Shown: piece by piece, positions 17,636-26,781 of the stretch | How positions within the stretch are numbered: the stretch's first letter is position 1 | Layout of the letters: each line of letters begins with the position of its first letter | From: a virus | DNA: 64,000 nt | Virus record (IMG/VR): IMGVR_UViG_3300030329_001736 | Coordinates: 1 to 64,000 of that record | Strand: one strand, 5' to 3' | Program-made: the position numbers and the translations under genes | The notes under the pieces: generated by a model | Seen by the model: the letters and a program-made list of their open reading frames with translations, nothing else | Databases searched by the model: none | What the model was told of the DNA's origin: nothing

Positions 17636-17663
17636 TACCTGTAATCTGTAGGGGGATGACACA

Positions 17664-19430
17664 ATGCATATACTTGACATTGAGACAAAGGGCTTAGATG
17701 GCGATGCCATTCATTGTGTTGTCCTCCGAGATTGCGAAACAGATGAGGTTGAAGCCTACGGTCCAGCAGAGATCGAAGAGGGGCTGCGATCTGCCATGTC
17801 CAAAGATGGTCTGGTAGGTCACAACCTTATTAAGTTTGATATACCGTTTATGGTCAGACTGTATCCATGGTTTGATTATCCTGAAGACAAGGTTGTAGAC
17901 ACCCTAGTTTGCTCCCGTCTTATCTGGACTGATATTTCGGAGACTGAGCATTCCAGAAAAGTAGAGATTCCCAGCAAGCTCAAAGGGTCACATAGCTTGG
18001 CCGCGTGGGGGCACAGACTGGGGTGTCATAAAGGCGACTACCAAGGGGGCTGGGACGATTTCAGCAATGAGATGTTGGAATACTGCATTCAGGACACAGC
18101 AGTCACCGCAAAGCTTTGGAAGCTGATCCAATCAAAGAACTACTCTAACAGGGCCATTAACCTTGAGCATGAGGTACAGTGGTTGATTGCGCGGCAAGAG
18201 CGGCATGGTTTCATGTTTAATGAAACTTCGGCACTTGATTTGTGTCGGAAGCTACAGCGCAGAAGGGTAGAGATTGAGGAAGAGCTTCAATCTGTGTTCT
18301 CCCCTTGGTGGTCGCCCTGTGGAGAGGCGACACCAAGTCGCACGCTCAATTACAAAGACCCCACAACGGCGTCTAAGGTGGAGGGTTGTGCGTATACCAA
18401 AGTTAAGCTGAATGTGTTTAACCCTGGTTCAAGGTTCCATGTCGCAGACAAATTAATCGAATTAGGGTGGGAACCAAAGGCGTTTACTCCTGATGGACAC
18501 CCTAAGGTAGATGAGACAACTCTCAATTCCGTGAGCTTCCCACAGGCAAAGATAATGGTCGAATATTTCACCATACAAAAGCGTCTTGGGATGTTGTCAG
18601 AGGGGAAGAATAGTTGGCTTGGTTCGTTGCGCGGCGACCGTATTCATGGAAGTGTTTTGACTAATGGTACGGTAACCGGCAGGGCGTCTATGAAAAGCCC
18701 TAATCTGCAACAAGTTCCAGCGGTCTATGCACCCTTCGGTAAGGAGTGCCGAAAATTATTTACTGTGCCCGAAGGTAATTCTCTTGTTGGTGTCGATATG
18801 AGCGGCATCGAATTGAGAATGTTAGGACACTTCACCGCTCCCCTAGATGATGGAGCATACGCAAAGGTAGTAATTGATGGCGACATTCACACGCACAACC
18901 AACATGCTGCTGGTTTGGACAGTAGGGATATTAGTAAACGGTTTATTTATGCTTTCATTTATGGTGCGGGCATCAATAAGCTGGCTGAAGTTACCTCTCT
19001 TGGAAAAAAGGAAGTTGCTAAAGTCAAGGAGCGATTCCTTAAAGAAAACCACGGTCTCCATAAGCTTATCGGCTTGGTCAAAGACACGGCGGAAGATCGC
19101 GGATACCTTTTAGGACTAGACAAGCGCAAGCTTTCAATCCGCTCACCTCACCGCGCATTAAACGTGCTGTTGCAAAGCAGTGGTGCCATTTGTTCTAAAC
19201 AATGGCTTGTTGAGTTCGACAAACAAATAAAAGCTAAGGGTCTTCGGGATCGTGTACAGCAAGTGGCGTGGATTCACGATGAAATACAAATTGAAACCGA
19301 CAAGGAACTAGCTGAAGAAGTGGGTCAACTGGCTGTGTCTGCTATTGAAGATGCGGGTAAGGCTTTCAATCTTAGAGTTCCGATTACTGGGGAGTATAGA
19401 ATTGGACGAACGTGGGCGGACACACACTGA
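17664..19430 (+). CDS. Family A DNA polymerase (gp5-like)
   Basis: DIET exonuclease motif, DMSGIELR, KRFIYAFIYG (Tyr at the 762-equivalent position), IHDE. Confidence 0.97.
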   Translation: MHILDIETKGLDGDAIHCVVLRDCETDEVEAYGPAEIEEGLRSAMSKDGLVGHNLIKFDIPFMVRLYPWFDYPEDKVVDTLVCSRLIWTDISETEHSRKVEIPSKLKGSHSLAAWGHRLGCHKGDYQGGWDDFSNEMLEYCIQDTAVTAKLWKLIQSKNYSNRAINLEHEVQWLIARQERHGFMFNETSALDLCRKLQRRRVEIEEELQSVFSPWWSPCGEATPSRTLNYKDPTTASKVEGCAYTKVKLNVFNPGSRFHVADKLIELGWEPKAFTPDGHPKVDETTLNSVSFPQAKIMVEYFTIQKRLGMLSEGKNSWLGSLRGDRIHGSVLTNGTVTGRASMKSPNLQQVPAVYAPFGKECRKLFTVPEGNSLVGVDMSGIELRMLGHFTAPLDDGAYAKVVIDGDIHTHNQHAAGLDSRDISKRFIYAFIYGAGINKLAEVTSLGKKEVAKVKERFLKENHGLHKLIGLVKDTAEDRGYLLGLDKRKLSIRSPHRALNVLLQSSGAICSKQWLVEFDKQIKAKGLRDRVQQVAWIHDEIQIETDKELAEEVGQLAVSAIEDAGKAFNLRVPITGEYRIGRTWADTH

Positions 19431-20073
19431 TGTTAAGCTTGTTGACTATATGGGCAGTGATAAGCGCGTGGTTGACGCCGCTAGGGTAAGCTTTAATTTT
19501 GAGAAGAAAACGTGGGATGACGCGAGGGACACCAAGCTGATTAAATACTTGGCGCAGCATAAACACTGGTCACCATTTTCCCATTGTTTCGCCACGTTCA
19601 AGATAAAAGCTCCTATCTTTGTGGCTAGGCAACTTATGAAACATCAGGTTGGTCTATCTTGGAACGAAGTGAGTAGGAGGTACGTGGACTCTGAAGTGGA
19701 GTTTGATACCCCCAATGTATGGCGCGGTCGTCCTGTGGATAAGAAGCAAGGGTCAGGAAACGCATTAAAAGAGAACCCTGTGCTTGATTGGATATACGAA
19801 GACACCATCCGCCACGCTCATAACTCGTATAAAATTTTAATAGAAAAAGGTGTCGCACCTGAGCAAGCCCGTGGTGTCTTACCTTTATCCATGATGACTG
19901 AGTGGTTTTGGTCTGGAAGTTTGTATGCATTTTCCCGTGTGTGCAATCTGCGTTTGGCGGCAGATGCACAACAGGAAACTAGGTATGTGGCAGGACACAT
20001 GAACCAGATTTTGTCTGTCACTTTCCCTGTAAGTTGGAAGGAGTTGAGGAATGCAGAAAACAGTTTTGATTGA
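19402..20073 (+). CDS. thyX: Flavin-dependent thymidylate synthase
   Basis: AARVS, HWSPF, RQLMKHQ..SWNEVSRRY, PEQARGVLP, AQQE. Probable TTG start at 19402 behind GGAG. Confidence 0.93.
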   Translation: MDERGRTHTDVKLVDYMGSDKRVVDAARVSFNFEKKTWDDARDTKLIKYLAQHKHWSPFSHCFATFKIKAPIFVARQLMKHQVGLSWNEVSRRYVDSEVEFDTPNVWRGRPVDKKQGSGNALKENPVLDWIYEDTIRHAHNSYKILIEKGVAPEQARGVLPLSMMTEWFWSGSLYAFSRVCNLRLAADAQQETRYVAGHMNQILSVTFPVSWKELRNAENSFD

Positions 20074-20785
20074 TGGAGATATCCTTTTGTACAGGGTATC
20101 CGCTGCCGCCGAAGAATCTGTAGAATTTTCTAATGATGTTGTTGCTGCGTGGGTTGACATGAAGGAAGCACAGCAGACGGTACGGAGTGCTGTTGCTGAA
20201 ATCGTTGATTGTACAGCTACTAACACACCTGTTGTGTGTCTAACCAGCCGCACAAATTTCCGAAAAGAAATCCTTCCCAGCTACAAGGCTAACAGAAAGG
20301 GTGTTCGTAAGCCGATTGCCTTCGGCCCCCTCAGAGAGTGGATTAAGAAAGAGTATAAGACCTATGAAAAAGAGGGGTTAGAAGCGGACGATGTTCTTGG
20401 AATCTTGGCGACACACCCAGACCTTGTTAAAGGGCACAAGGTTATCTACAGCCAAGATAAAGACCTTCTGCAAATCCCAGGGTTCCACTTCGATTTTTCT
20501 CTTAATTCAGTGGTGAATATAACTGAAGAGGAGGGGGATTATCAGCACTACTTTCAAACGCTAACCGGAGACCGTGTAGATAATTATGTCGGCTGTCCTA
20601 CGTGCGGTCCAAAAAAAGCGGAAAAAATTTTAAAGGATGATGCTAGTTGGAAATCTGTTCTGTCTGCTTTTGAGAAACAAGGACTTTCAGAAAAGGAAGC
20701 AATGGTACAGGCGCAAGTATCACGGATTTTGAGACATACAGATTATGACTTAGCGAAAGAGGAGGTTCTGTTGTGGACACCGTAA
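20051..20785 (+). CDS. 5'-3' exonuclease (gp6-like)
   Basis: IDGD, YKANR, EADD, DKD, GDRVDNY.G. Confidence 0.93.
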   Translation: MQKTVLIDGDILLYRVSAAAEESVEFSNDVVAAWVDMKEAQQTVRSAVAEIVDCTATNTPVVCLTSRTNFRKEILPSYKANRKGVRKPIAFGPLREWIKKEYKTYEKEGLEADDVLGILATHPDLVKGHKVIYSQDKDLLQIPGFHFDFSLNSVVNITEEEGDYQHYFQTLTGDRVDNYVGCPTCGPKKAEKILKDDASWKSVLSAFEKQGLSEKEAMVQAQVSRILRHTDYDLAKEEVLLWTP

Positions 20786-21114
20786 AACATGAGAACGATG
20801 GGTCGTACCGTAGTCGCATGGAGAGGGCAGGGGCATTCTATAGCCGCACAGCACAAGGAATGAAGCAGAAGGAAGAAGAAAGTCTGGTGTCCCGTCCGCC
20901 TCATTATTCTAGGTGGAAGATAGAACCAATAACATACATCATGCGGAACGGTATGGAATTTTGGCGTGGGAATATAGTCAAGTATGCAACGCGCGCCGGT
21001 TTCAAAAAATACCCAGACATGTCGGAACAAGACTCAGAGATAACCGATCTTAAAAAGGTAATCCGTTATGCGGAGATGCGTATTAACCAATTAAAGGGAG
21101 AGGTTGAACTATAA
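20773..21114 (+). CDS. DUF3310 / gp1.7-like protein
   Basis: PPHY....EP....GNIVKY..R...K....DL.K...Y. Confidence 0.75.
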   Translation: MDTVKHENDGSYRSRMERAGAFYSRTAQGMKQKEEESLVSRPPHYSRWKIEPITYIMRNGMEFWRGNIVKYATRAGFKKYPDMSEQDSEITDLKKVIRYAEMRINQLKGEVEL

Positions 21115-22811
21115 TGCTGGCGACTAACCAACACTACGGGATGACACTACCAATAAGTGAAGAAATCGACACGATTAAATACAGGCAGACAGGAGAAGAT
21201 TTCTATTCAAAGGTGGTGCGGATTGCAGATAGCCTCAAAGACAGCCCTGATCATTTTGAATCGTTCAAAGATTCTTTGAGGTATCTACGATTTCTTCCTG
21301 CTGGTCGCGTACAAAACGCCATGGGTAGTATAAGGCAGACAACGGCATATAACTGTTTCGTATCAGGTATAATTACAGATGATATGCCTTCGATTATGCA
21401 CCGTGCTACTGAAGCCGCTGAAACTATGCGGCGTGGCGGTGGGATAGGGTATGACTTCTCTCGACTGCGGCCCCGTGGAGAGATGATTAAATCCTTAGAG
21501 TCCAGAGCCAGCGGACCTGTCAGTTTTATGCAAATCTACGATGCTGTCTGCCAAACGATAGCATCTAGCGGGCATCGTCGCGGGGCACAGATGGGCGTTC
21601 TTCGCATTGACCACCCAGACATACAGACATTCCTGACAGCTAAACATAACGAACATTTCCTTACCGGATTCAATATATCGGTGGGGGTTACCGATAAGTT
21701 TATGAAATGCCTTGAGCAAAAGAAGCCGTTTCCTCTGGAGTTTGAAGGAAGGGTGTATGAGGAGATCGATCCTGTAGCGTTGTGGGATCAAATCATGCGT
21801 AGCACATGGGATTGGGCTGAACCTGGGGTGCTATTCATCGATACCATCAACAAGATGAATAATCTTTGGTATGCAGAAACCATCGAAGCAACAAACCCAT
21901 GTGGAGAACAGCCCCTCCCGCCATATGGTGCGTGTTTGTTGGGAAGTTTTAATCTAACAAAATATGTAGACGGGGGCCGATTTGATTTTGAGTTGTATAA
22001 AAACGATATTCCTGTTGTTGTTCGCAGCATGGATAATGTTATTGACCGTACAACCTATCCTCTAGATGAACAGGAAACTGAAGCGAAAAATAAACGCAGG
22101 ATGGGCCTAGGCATTACAGGGCTTGCTAACGCTGCTGAAATGTGTGGCTACCCTTATGGTTCTCCTAAGTTTATGAAGTTTACTGCAAAGGTTATGCGAG
22201 AGTTACGGGACACTTGCTACTCAGCCAGTGCAGACCTTGCATTGGAAAAGGGGAGCTTCCCGTTGTTCGATAGTGAAAAGTATCTGCAATCGGGTTTTGT
22301 AAAGACTCTTCCCCAGTATCTAAGAGATAAGATTGCACAGCAGGGCATACGGAATAGTCATCTAACATCTATTGCTCCTACAGGTACAATCTCTTTAACC
22401 GCTGACAACGTGAGTAGCGGCATTGAACCTCCATATTCCCTTTTCTATGACCGCACTATTCAAAATTTTGATGGGCATCAGATAGAACGGGTAGAGGATT
22501 ATGCGTACCGACAGGGTGTTCACGGGAAGACAGCTAATGAAACATCAGCGGAAGAGCATGTAGCGGTGCTGGCACTAGTCTCTAAGTATGTAGATTCTGC
22601 TGTTAGTAAGACATGTAATGTAGGGGATACCGTCACTTACGATCAGTTTAAAGACCTATATCTCACTGCTTGGAAGAAAGGGTGTCGTGGAATTACCACC
22701 TTTAGGGCAGCGGGAAAACGATATGGGATACTGAATGAAGTTAAAGAAGAAGAACCTAAAGCAGAAGCGTGTTACATCGATCCTACCACTGGGCAGAAGC
22801 AGTGTGAGTAA
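21114..22811 (+). CDS. nrdJ: Class II (adenosylcobalamin-dependent) ribonucleotide reductase
   Basis: NCFV, RRGAQMG, NPCGEQ, IAPTGTIS, C-terminal Cys pair; no beta subunit gene present. Confidence 0.9.
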   Translation: MLATNQHYGMTLPISEEIDTIKYRQTGEDFYSKVVRIADSLKDSPDHFESFKDSLRYLRFLPAGRVQNAMGSIRQTTAYNCFVSGIITDDMPSIMHRATEAAETMRRGGGIGYDFSRLRPRGEMIKSLESRASGPVSFMQIYDAVCQTIASSGHRRGAQMGVLRIDHPDIQTFLTAKHNEHFLTGFNISVGVTDKFMKCLEQKKPFPLEFEGRVYEEIDPVALWDQIMRSTWDWAEPGVLFIDTINKMNNLWYAETIEATNPCGEQPLPPYGACLLGSFNLTKYVDGGRFDFELYKNDIPVVVRSMDNVIDRTTYPLDEQETEAKNKRRMGLGITGLANAAEMCGYPYGSPKFMKFTAKVMRELRDTCYSASADLALEKGSFPLFDSEKYLQSGFVKTLPQYLRDKIAQQGIRNSHLTSIAPTGTISLTADNVSSGIEPPYSLFYDRTIQNFDGHQIERVEDYAYRQGVHGKTANETSAEEHVAVLALVSKYVDSAVSKTCNVGDTVTYDQFKDLYLTAWKKGCRGITTFRAAGKRYGILNEVKEEEPKAEACYIDPTTGQKQCE

Positions 22812-22826
22812 CGGTACTCAATAGAA

Positions 22827-22839
22827 GACATACTAGAAG
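22827..22839 (+). promoter_or_regulatory. Putative phage RNAP late promoter (phi6.5-like)
   Basis: GACATACTAGAAG, intergenic at the start of the structural operon. Confidence 0.65.
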
Positions 22840-22849
22840 GGAACTAAGC

Positions 22850-23032
22850 GTGAGAGCGCCTCTTATAACACAAGACCTTATTGACTATTTAGACCACCAG
22901 TTTCCCAACCAGTGCCCAAGAGTTAGTTTCACAGACAGACAGATTTGGGTATCTGTAGGAAGTGCTGATGTTGTCAAACATTTAAAACGGGTCAAAGAAG
23001 ATCAGGAAGAAAACATTTTAACTAACAGATGA
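22850..23032 (+). CDS. gp6.5-like small protein
   Basis: LIDYL...FP..CP......R.IW...G...VV..L motif; position. Confidence 0.65.
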   Translation: MRAPLITQDLIDYLDHQFPNQCPRVSFTDRQIWVSVGSADVVKHLKRVKEDQEENILTNR

Positions 23033-23044
23033 GGAAAACTAAGT

Positions 23045-23269
23045 ATGTGTGGTTCTAGCCCTAGCCCGCCCCCACCGCCACCCCCTCCAGCACCTCCTGT
23101 GGCACCACCGCCGCAGTTAGAACAGATTGTGCCAGAGCGGGCAGATGATGACACCACAGCAGATAAGCAGAAAAAGAAGGCCAAAGGGACGAAAAAGTAC
23201 CAGACCCCGCTGAACATTGCGAAGAACACCTCTGCTAAAGATGGCAGCGGCGTGAACACCCCGTCTTAG
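23045..23269 (+). CDS. Proline-rich Met-Cys virion protein (gp6.7/7.3-like)
   Basis: MC start, poly-Pro, basic C-terminal half; upstream of the portal gene. Confidence 0.65.
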   Translation: MCGSSPSPPPPPPPPAPPVAPPPQLEQIVPERADDDTTADKQKKKAKGTKKYQTPLNIAKNTSAKDGSGVNTPS

Positions 23270-23271
23270 AT

Positions 23272-23463
23272 ATGTGCTTTATGGGTTCACGTAGCTCCCC
23301 AGTGGTTCAACCGGAACCGCGCAGGGATATGACCTACGCATATAAGGACGCTGGTCTGGAAGAAATTAAAGTCCCTACCGACAAAAAGAAAGGTGTTAAA
23401 ACCGAACCATCTGAAACTAAGGCTGTTTCAAAAGCGACTAAATCTCCCCTCAATATTGGATAA
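23272..23463 (+). CDS. Met-Cys virion protein (gp6.7/7.3-like)
   Basis: MCF start; PLNI motif shared with the previous gene. Confidence 0.6.
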   Translation: MCFMGSRSSPVVQPEPRRDMTYAYKDAGLEEIKVPTDKKKGVKTEPSETKAVSKATKSPLNIG

Positions 23464-23466
23464 GCT

Positions 23467-25104
23467 ATGTATGGTAATGTCTCTTGTGCTGCCCGATATG
23501 AGAAGTTAGCGACTGAAAGAGAAACCTTCCTTAGTAGGGGGCGAGAGTGTGCAAAGCTTACAATACCGGCATTGCTTCCTGATGCTGGGCATTCCTCATC
23601 TTCAATACTACACACTCCCTACCAAGGTATCGGGGCACGGGGAGTCAATAACCTAGCGTCCAAACTACTGTTGAGCCTTCTCCCGCCAAACACTCCATTC
23701 TTTCGGTTTGTGCTGGATGATTTTACAGCTACGGAGTTGGCTCAACAGCCTGGGGCTAGGGCGCAGATAGAAGAAGCACTGAATAAAATAGAGCGGTCTA
23801 TTCAGGCCGAAATTGAAAGTCAAAACCTAAGATCAATTATATTTGAAGCTCTGAAGCAATTGATCGTTGTTGGTAATGTTCTTGTCTATCTACCAAAAGA
23901 TGAAGGCGCGCGGGTATTCGATCTTCGCCGGTATGTTGTACAGCGTGACCCCATGGGTACTCCCTTAAATATCATCATTAAGGAAAGCGTATCTCCTGAG
24001 GTTCTGGACGATAAAGTCAGGGAAGCTGTACTCCAGAATATGCAAGACACAGACAACAGTAAGACCAGCACAGACAAGTCTATAGATGTTTACACCGCAA
24101 TGTACAGAGACGGAAAGCGGTGGAGATTACACCAAGAGATAAATGCCACGGTAGTTCCCGGCTCTGAAGGTACTTGGCCTATCGATAAGTCCCCCATGCT
24201 CCCCCTTCGGTGGGAGAGGATTGACTCTGAAGACTACGGTCGATCCTATGTAGAGCAATACAAAGGGGATATGATTTCTCTAGAAGGAATCTCTAAAGCC
24301 ATACTAGAAGCCACAGCGGCAAGCGCCAAAGTGGTGTTCATGGTTAACCCCAATGGTACTACCCGTGCCCGTGATATCGCTGATGCACCAAACGGTGCGA
24401 TAGTTAGCGGGAATGCTAGTGAGGTCACTGTCCTCCAAGCAGAAAAATACAATGACATGAGGGTAGCCCGTGAAACCGCTCAGGGGATTGAGCAACGCAT
24501 GGCGTTTGCTTTCCTGATGAACACAGCGGTTCAGCGCGACGGGGAAAGAGTCACTGCTGAAGAAATAAGGCGCATGTCCCAAGAATTGGATGACGCACTT
24601 GGCGGCACTTTCAGCTTAATGTCAGAAGAATTCCAGTTACCACTGGTGACTAGGATAATGGACAGGATGACAAAACAAAGGCGACTGCCAGCGTTGCCTA
24701 AGGGCGTTGTGAAGCCTGCGATTGTCACTGGCCTTGAAGCCTTAGGCAGAGGTCACGATCTCAATAAGCTAGACATGTTCTTCCAAGGTCTAGCCCAGTT
24801 ACCCCCTGAGGTTCTGGCTAACTACCTCAATGTTGGTGACTACATTAAGCGAAGGGGAACATCACTAGGCATTGATATGGACGGCTTGGTGAAATCTGAG
24901 GAACAAATTCAACAAGAACAGATGGCAGCGCAACAGGCGCAGCAACAACAAATGCAACAACAGGGCGCGATGGACTTGGCTAATAAAGCTGTAGGAAGTG
25001 GGACCGGCCCTGCAATCAAAGCCGCTGCTGACATAGGGCAGAGCATGGACCCTGAAATGGCCCAGCAGATGGCTCAACAGATTCAAGAGGCGACAGGACA
25101 ATAA
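23467..25104 (+). CDS. Head-to-tail connector (portal, gp8-like)
   Basis: PYQGIGARGVNNLASKL, EDYGRS, ERVTAEEIR, TGLEALGRG. Confidence 0.97.
   Translation: MYGNVSCAARYEKLATERETFLSRGRECAKLTIPALLPDAGHSSSSILHTPYQGIGARGVNNLASKLLLSLLPPNTPFFRFVLDDFTATELAQQPGARAQIEEALNKIERSIQAEIESQNLRSIIFEALKQLIVVGNVLVYLPKDEGARVFDLRRYVVQRDPMGTPLNIIIKESVSPEVLDDKVREAVLQNMQDTDNSKTSTDKSIDVYTAMYRDGKRWRLHQEINATVVPGSEGTWPIDKSPMLPLRWERIDSEDYGRSYVEQYKGDMISLEGISKAILEATAASAKVVFMVNPNGTTRARDIADAPNGAIVSGNASEVTVLQAEKYNDMRVARETAQGIEQRMAFAFLMNTAVQRDGERVTAEEIRRMSQELDDALGGTFSLMSEEFQLPLVTRIMDRMTKQRRLPALPKGVVKPAIVTGLEALGRGHDLNKLDMFFQGLAQLPPEVLANYLNVGDYIKRRGTSLGIDMDGLVKSEEQIQQEQMAAQQAQQQQMQQQGAMDLANKAVGSGTGPAIKAAADIGQSMDPEMAQQMAQQIQEATGQ
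24298..24310 (+). promoter_or_regulatory. Putative phage RNAP promoter inside the portal gene
   Basis: Exact GCCATACTAGAAG (encodes AILE, so chance occurrence is possible). Confidence 0.5.
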
Positions 25105-25872
25105 ATGGCTGAACAGGTCACAGCGGTTACAGAAGAACCGACAGGAAAATCATTAGAACAAGAAGCACGGGAGATGGGTATTGATGTCGATGGTGTACCT
25201 GAGGGCAATGGAGATGATCAATCCCGCCCAGAATGGTTACCAGACAAGTTTCAATCCCCAGAAGATTTGGCAAAGGCTTATTCAGAGCTTGAACGTCGCC
25301 AGAGTCAGCCGCGAGAAAATCGAGAAACCGGCGCGGAAGAAGCTAAAGAAGCTGTCGAATCAGCCGGTGTAGATTTCCAAGCTCTTTCAGACGAATGGGC
25401 AGAAACTGGCGAACTATCGCCACAGAGTTACGAAGCCTTGGAAAAGGCTGGCATCCCCAATGATGTTGTTAATAGTTATATTGAAGCACAGACAGCACGA
25501 ATGGAGGTTGCTCAGTCCAAGGTGTATGAATCCGTTGGTGGACAAGAAGCTTATCAAAATATGATTTCTTGGGCATCTAATTCTTTATCGGAAGCGGAAA
25601 TCGACGCCTATAATACAGCAGTTAACTCAAACAATATGGCACAGATTGAGCTTGCAGTTAACGGGCTTAAATCTAGGTATTCATTGAGCGAAGGACAAGA
25701 ACCTTCCACATCGATATCAGGCAATGTTTCCGCCCCAGGAGGAGCGTACCGTTCTTTAGGAGAACTTATGGAGGACATGCAGTCTCCTAAGTATAGAGAT
25801 GACTCAGCGTTCAGGGCGGATGTAGAAGCTAAGTTAGCTAGGAGTAATATCCTAGAATCTAGAAATGCCTAA
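25105..25872 (+). CDS. Capsid scaffolding protein (gp9-like)
   Basis: RPEWLPDKF...EDLAKAY.ELE, VGG...Y..M..WA, P.Y..D..FR..VE.KL. Confidence 0.92.
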   Translation: MAEQVTAVTEEPTGKSLEQEAREMGIDVDGVPEGNGDDQSRPEWLPDKFQSPEDLAKAYSELERRQSQPRENRETGAEEAKEAVESAGVDFQALSDEWAETGELSPQSYEALEKAGIPNDVVNSYIEAQTARMEVAQSKVYESVGGQEAYQNMISWASNSLSEAEIDAYNTAVNSNNMAQIELAVNGLKSRYSLSEGQEPSTSISGNVSAPGGAYRSLGELMEDMQSPKYRDDSAFRADVEAKLARSNILESRNA

Positions 25873-26416
25873 CCACCCGATACAGGTTTTTAAAACCAAG
25901 GTATTTACAGAAAAACAATGTGACTCTATTATAAAAGATTTGGCAGATGTCCCTATTGTTTCCGGCGAAACCATGGACGCTGGACGTAGTTGGTTACATA
26001 GGCGATGTAACATCCAATGGATATCAACACAGACAAATCTAGATTACATATTCAATCCTGTTTTAAACGTGATGACTGAAGCGGCTGAATTCTTTGGATT
26101 TCAGTTCGATAGACTACCGCCACTTCAATACACAACATATAAACCGTTTGGATTTTATCTGTCTCATGTAGACAATGGGCACAATGAAGACGCAGTGTTA
26201 AAGAGAAAACTAACGCTGAGTATTAACTTGAGCCCCCCTAGATCATACGTTGGAGGGGGGCTGAGTGTACGCACAAACGACAGTCATAAAATAGATAAAA
26301 CACAAGGCATGGCAACTGTGTTTCCCAGTTTCTTGTGGCACAGAGCAAACCCAGTGTTTTGGGGAACACGCAGGGCGTTGGTGGCGTGGGGGATTGGTGA
26401 GGAATCATTTAAATGA
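25865..26416 (+). CDS. 2OG-Fe(II) oxygenase (PKHD/prolyl-hydroxylase-like)
   Basis: HVD, RKL, Y.GG.L, FPSF..H...PV..G.R..LV.W. Confidence 0.9.
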   Translation: MPNHPIQVFKTKVFTEKQCDSIIKDLADVPIVSGETMDAGRSWLHRRCNIQWISTQTNLDYIFNPVLNVMTEAAEFFGFQFDRLPPLQYTTYKPFGFYLSHVDNGHNEDAVLKRKLTLSINLSPPRSYVGGGLSVRTNDSHKIDKTQGMATVFPSFLWHRANPVFWGTRRALVAWGIGEESFK

Positions 26417-26634
26417 GCCGGAACTACCGTAAAGAATACGATAATTACCATAAACGCCCTGAACAGAAAAAGAATCGTGCAAAGCGTAATGCAGCACGTA
26501 GTTTGATGATTAAAAAGAATGGTGCATCTTCTGTGGCTGGTAAAGATGTACATCATAAAGATGGAAACCCACAGAACAACTCAGTGTCCAACCTAAGCAT
26601 TCGGAGTAAATCTAAAAATCGATCCCGAAAATAA
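26413..26634 (+). CDS. Small HNH endonuclease
   Basis: DVHHKDGNPQNN...NL.....KNR. Confidence 0.85.
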   Translation: MSRNYRKEYDNYHKRPEQKKNRAKRNAARSLMIKKNGASSVAGKDVHHKDGNPQNNSVSNLSIRSKSKNRSRK

Positions 26635-26635
26635 C

Positions 26636-26781
26636 GTCGCTCCTCTTTAGGAGGGCGTTCAGACGACGGTCTGAATCTTCATTACTTCAACTAACTTGAC
26701 CCATTACGATGGATAATCCTGTTTCCCGTTGAGTATCTGAAGAACCACACCTTTGTTTAACTTTAGAAAGGATCGAAGCGA
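26636..26781 (+). promoter_or_regulatory. Structured capsid-gene leader with T7-like epsilon enhancer
   Basis: Three hairpins, one capped by UACG; TTTGTTTAACTTTA before the AAGGA RBS. Confidence 0.6.

Noticed and set aside
19345-19450. Polymerase-ThyX frameshift fusion
   Set aside because: An in-frame TTG at 19402 with a GGAG RBS explains thyX translation.
15694-22811. Inteins or introns in helicase, polymerase or RNR
   Set aside because: The ORFs are continuous and of compact length, with no splicing motifs seen.
26752-26772. pET vector contamination
   Set aside because: The match is limited to 14 nt in native context before a divergent capsid gene; no T7 promoter or lac operator.
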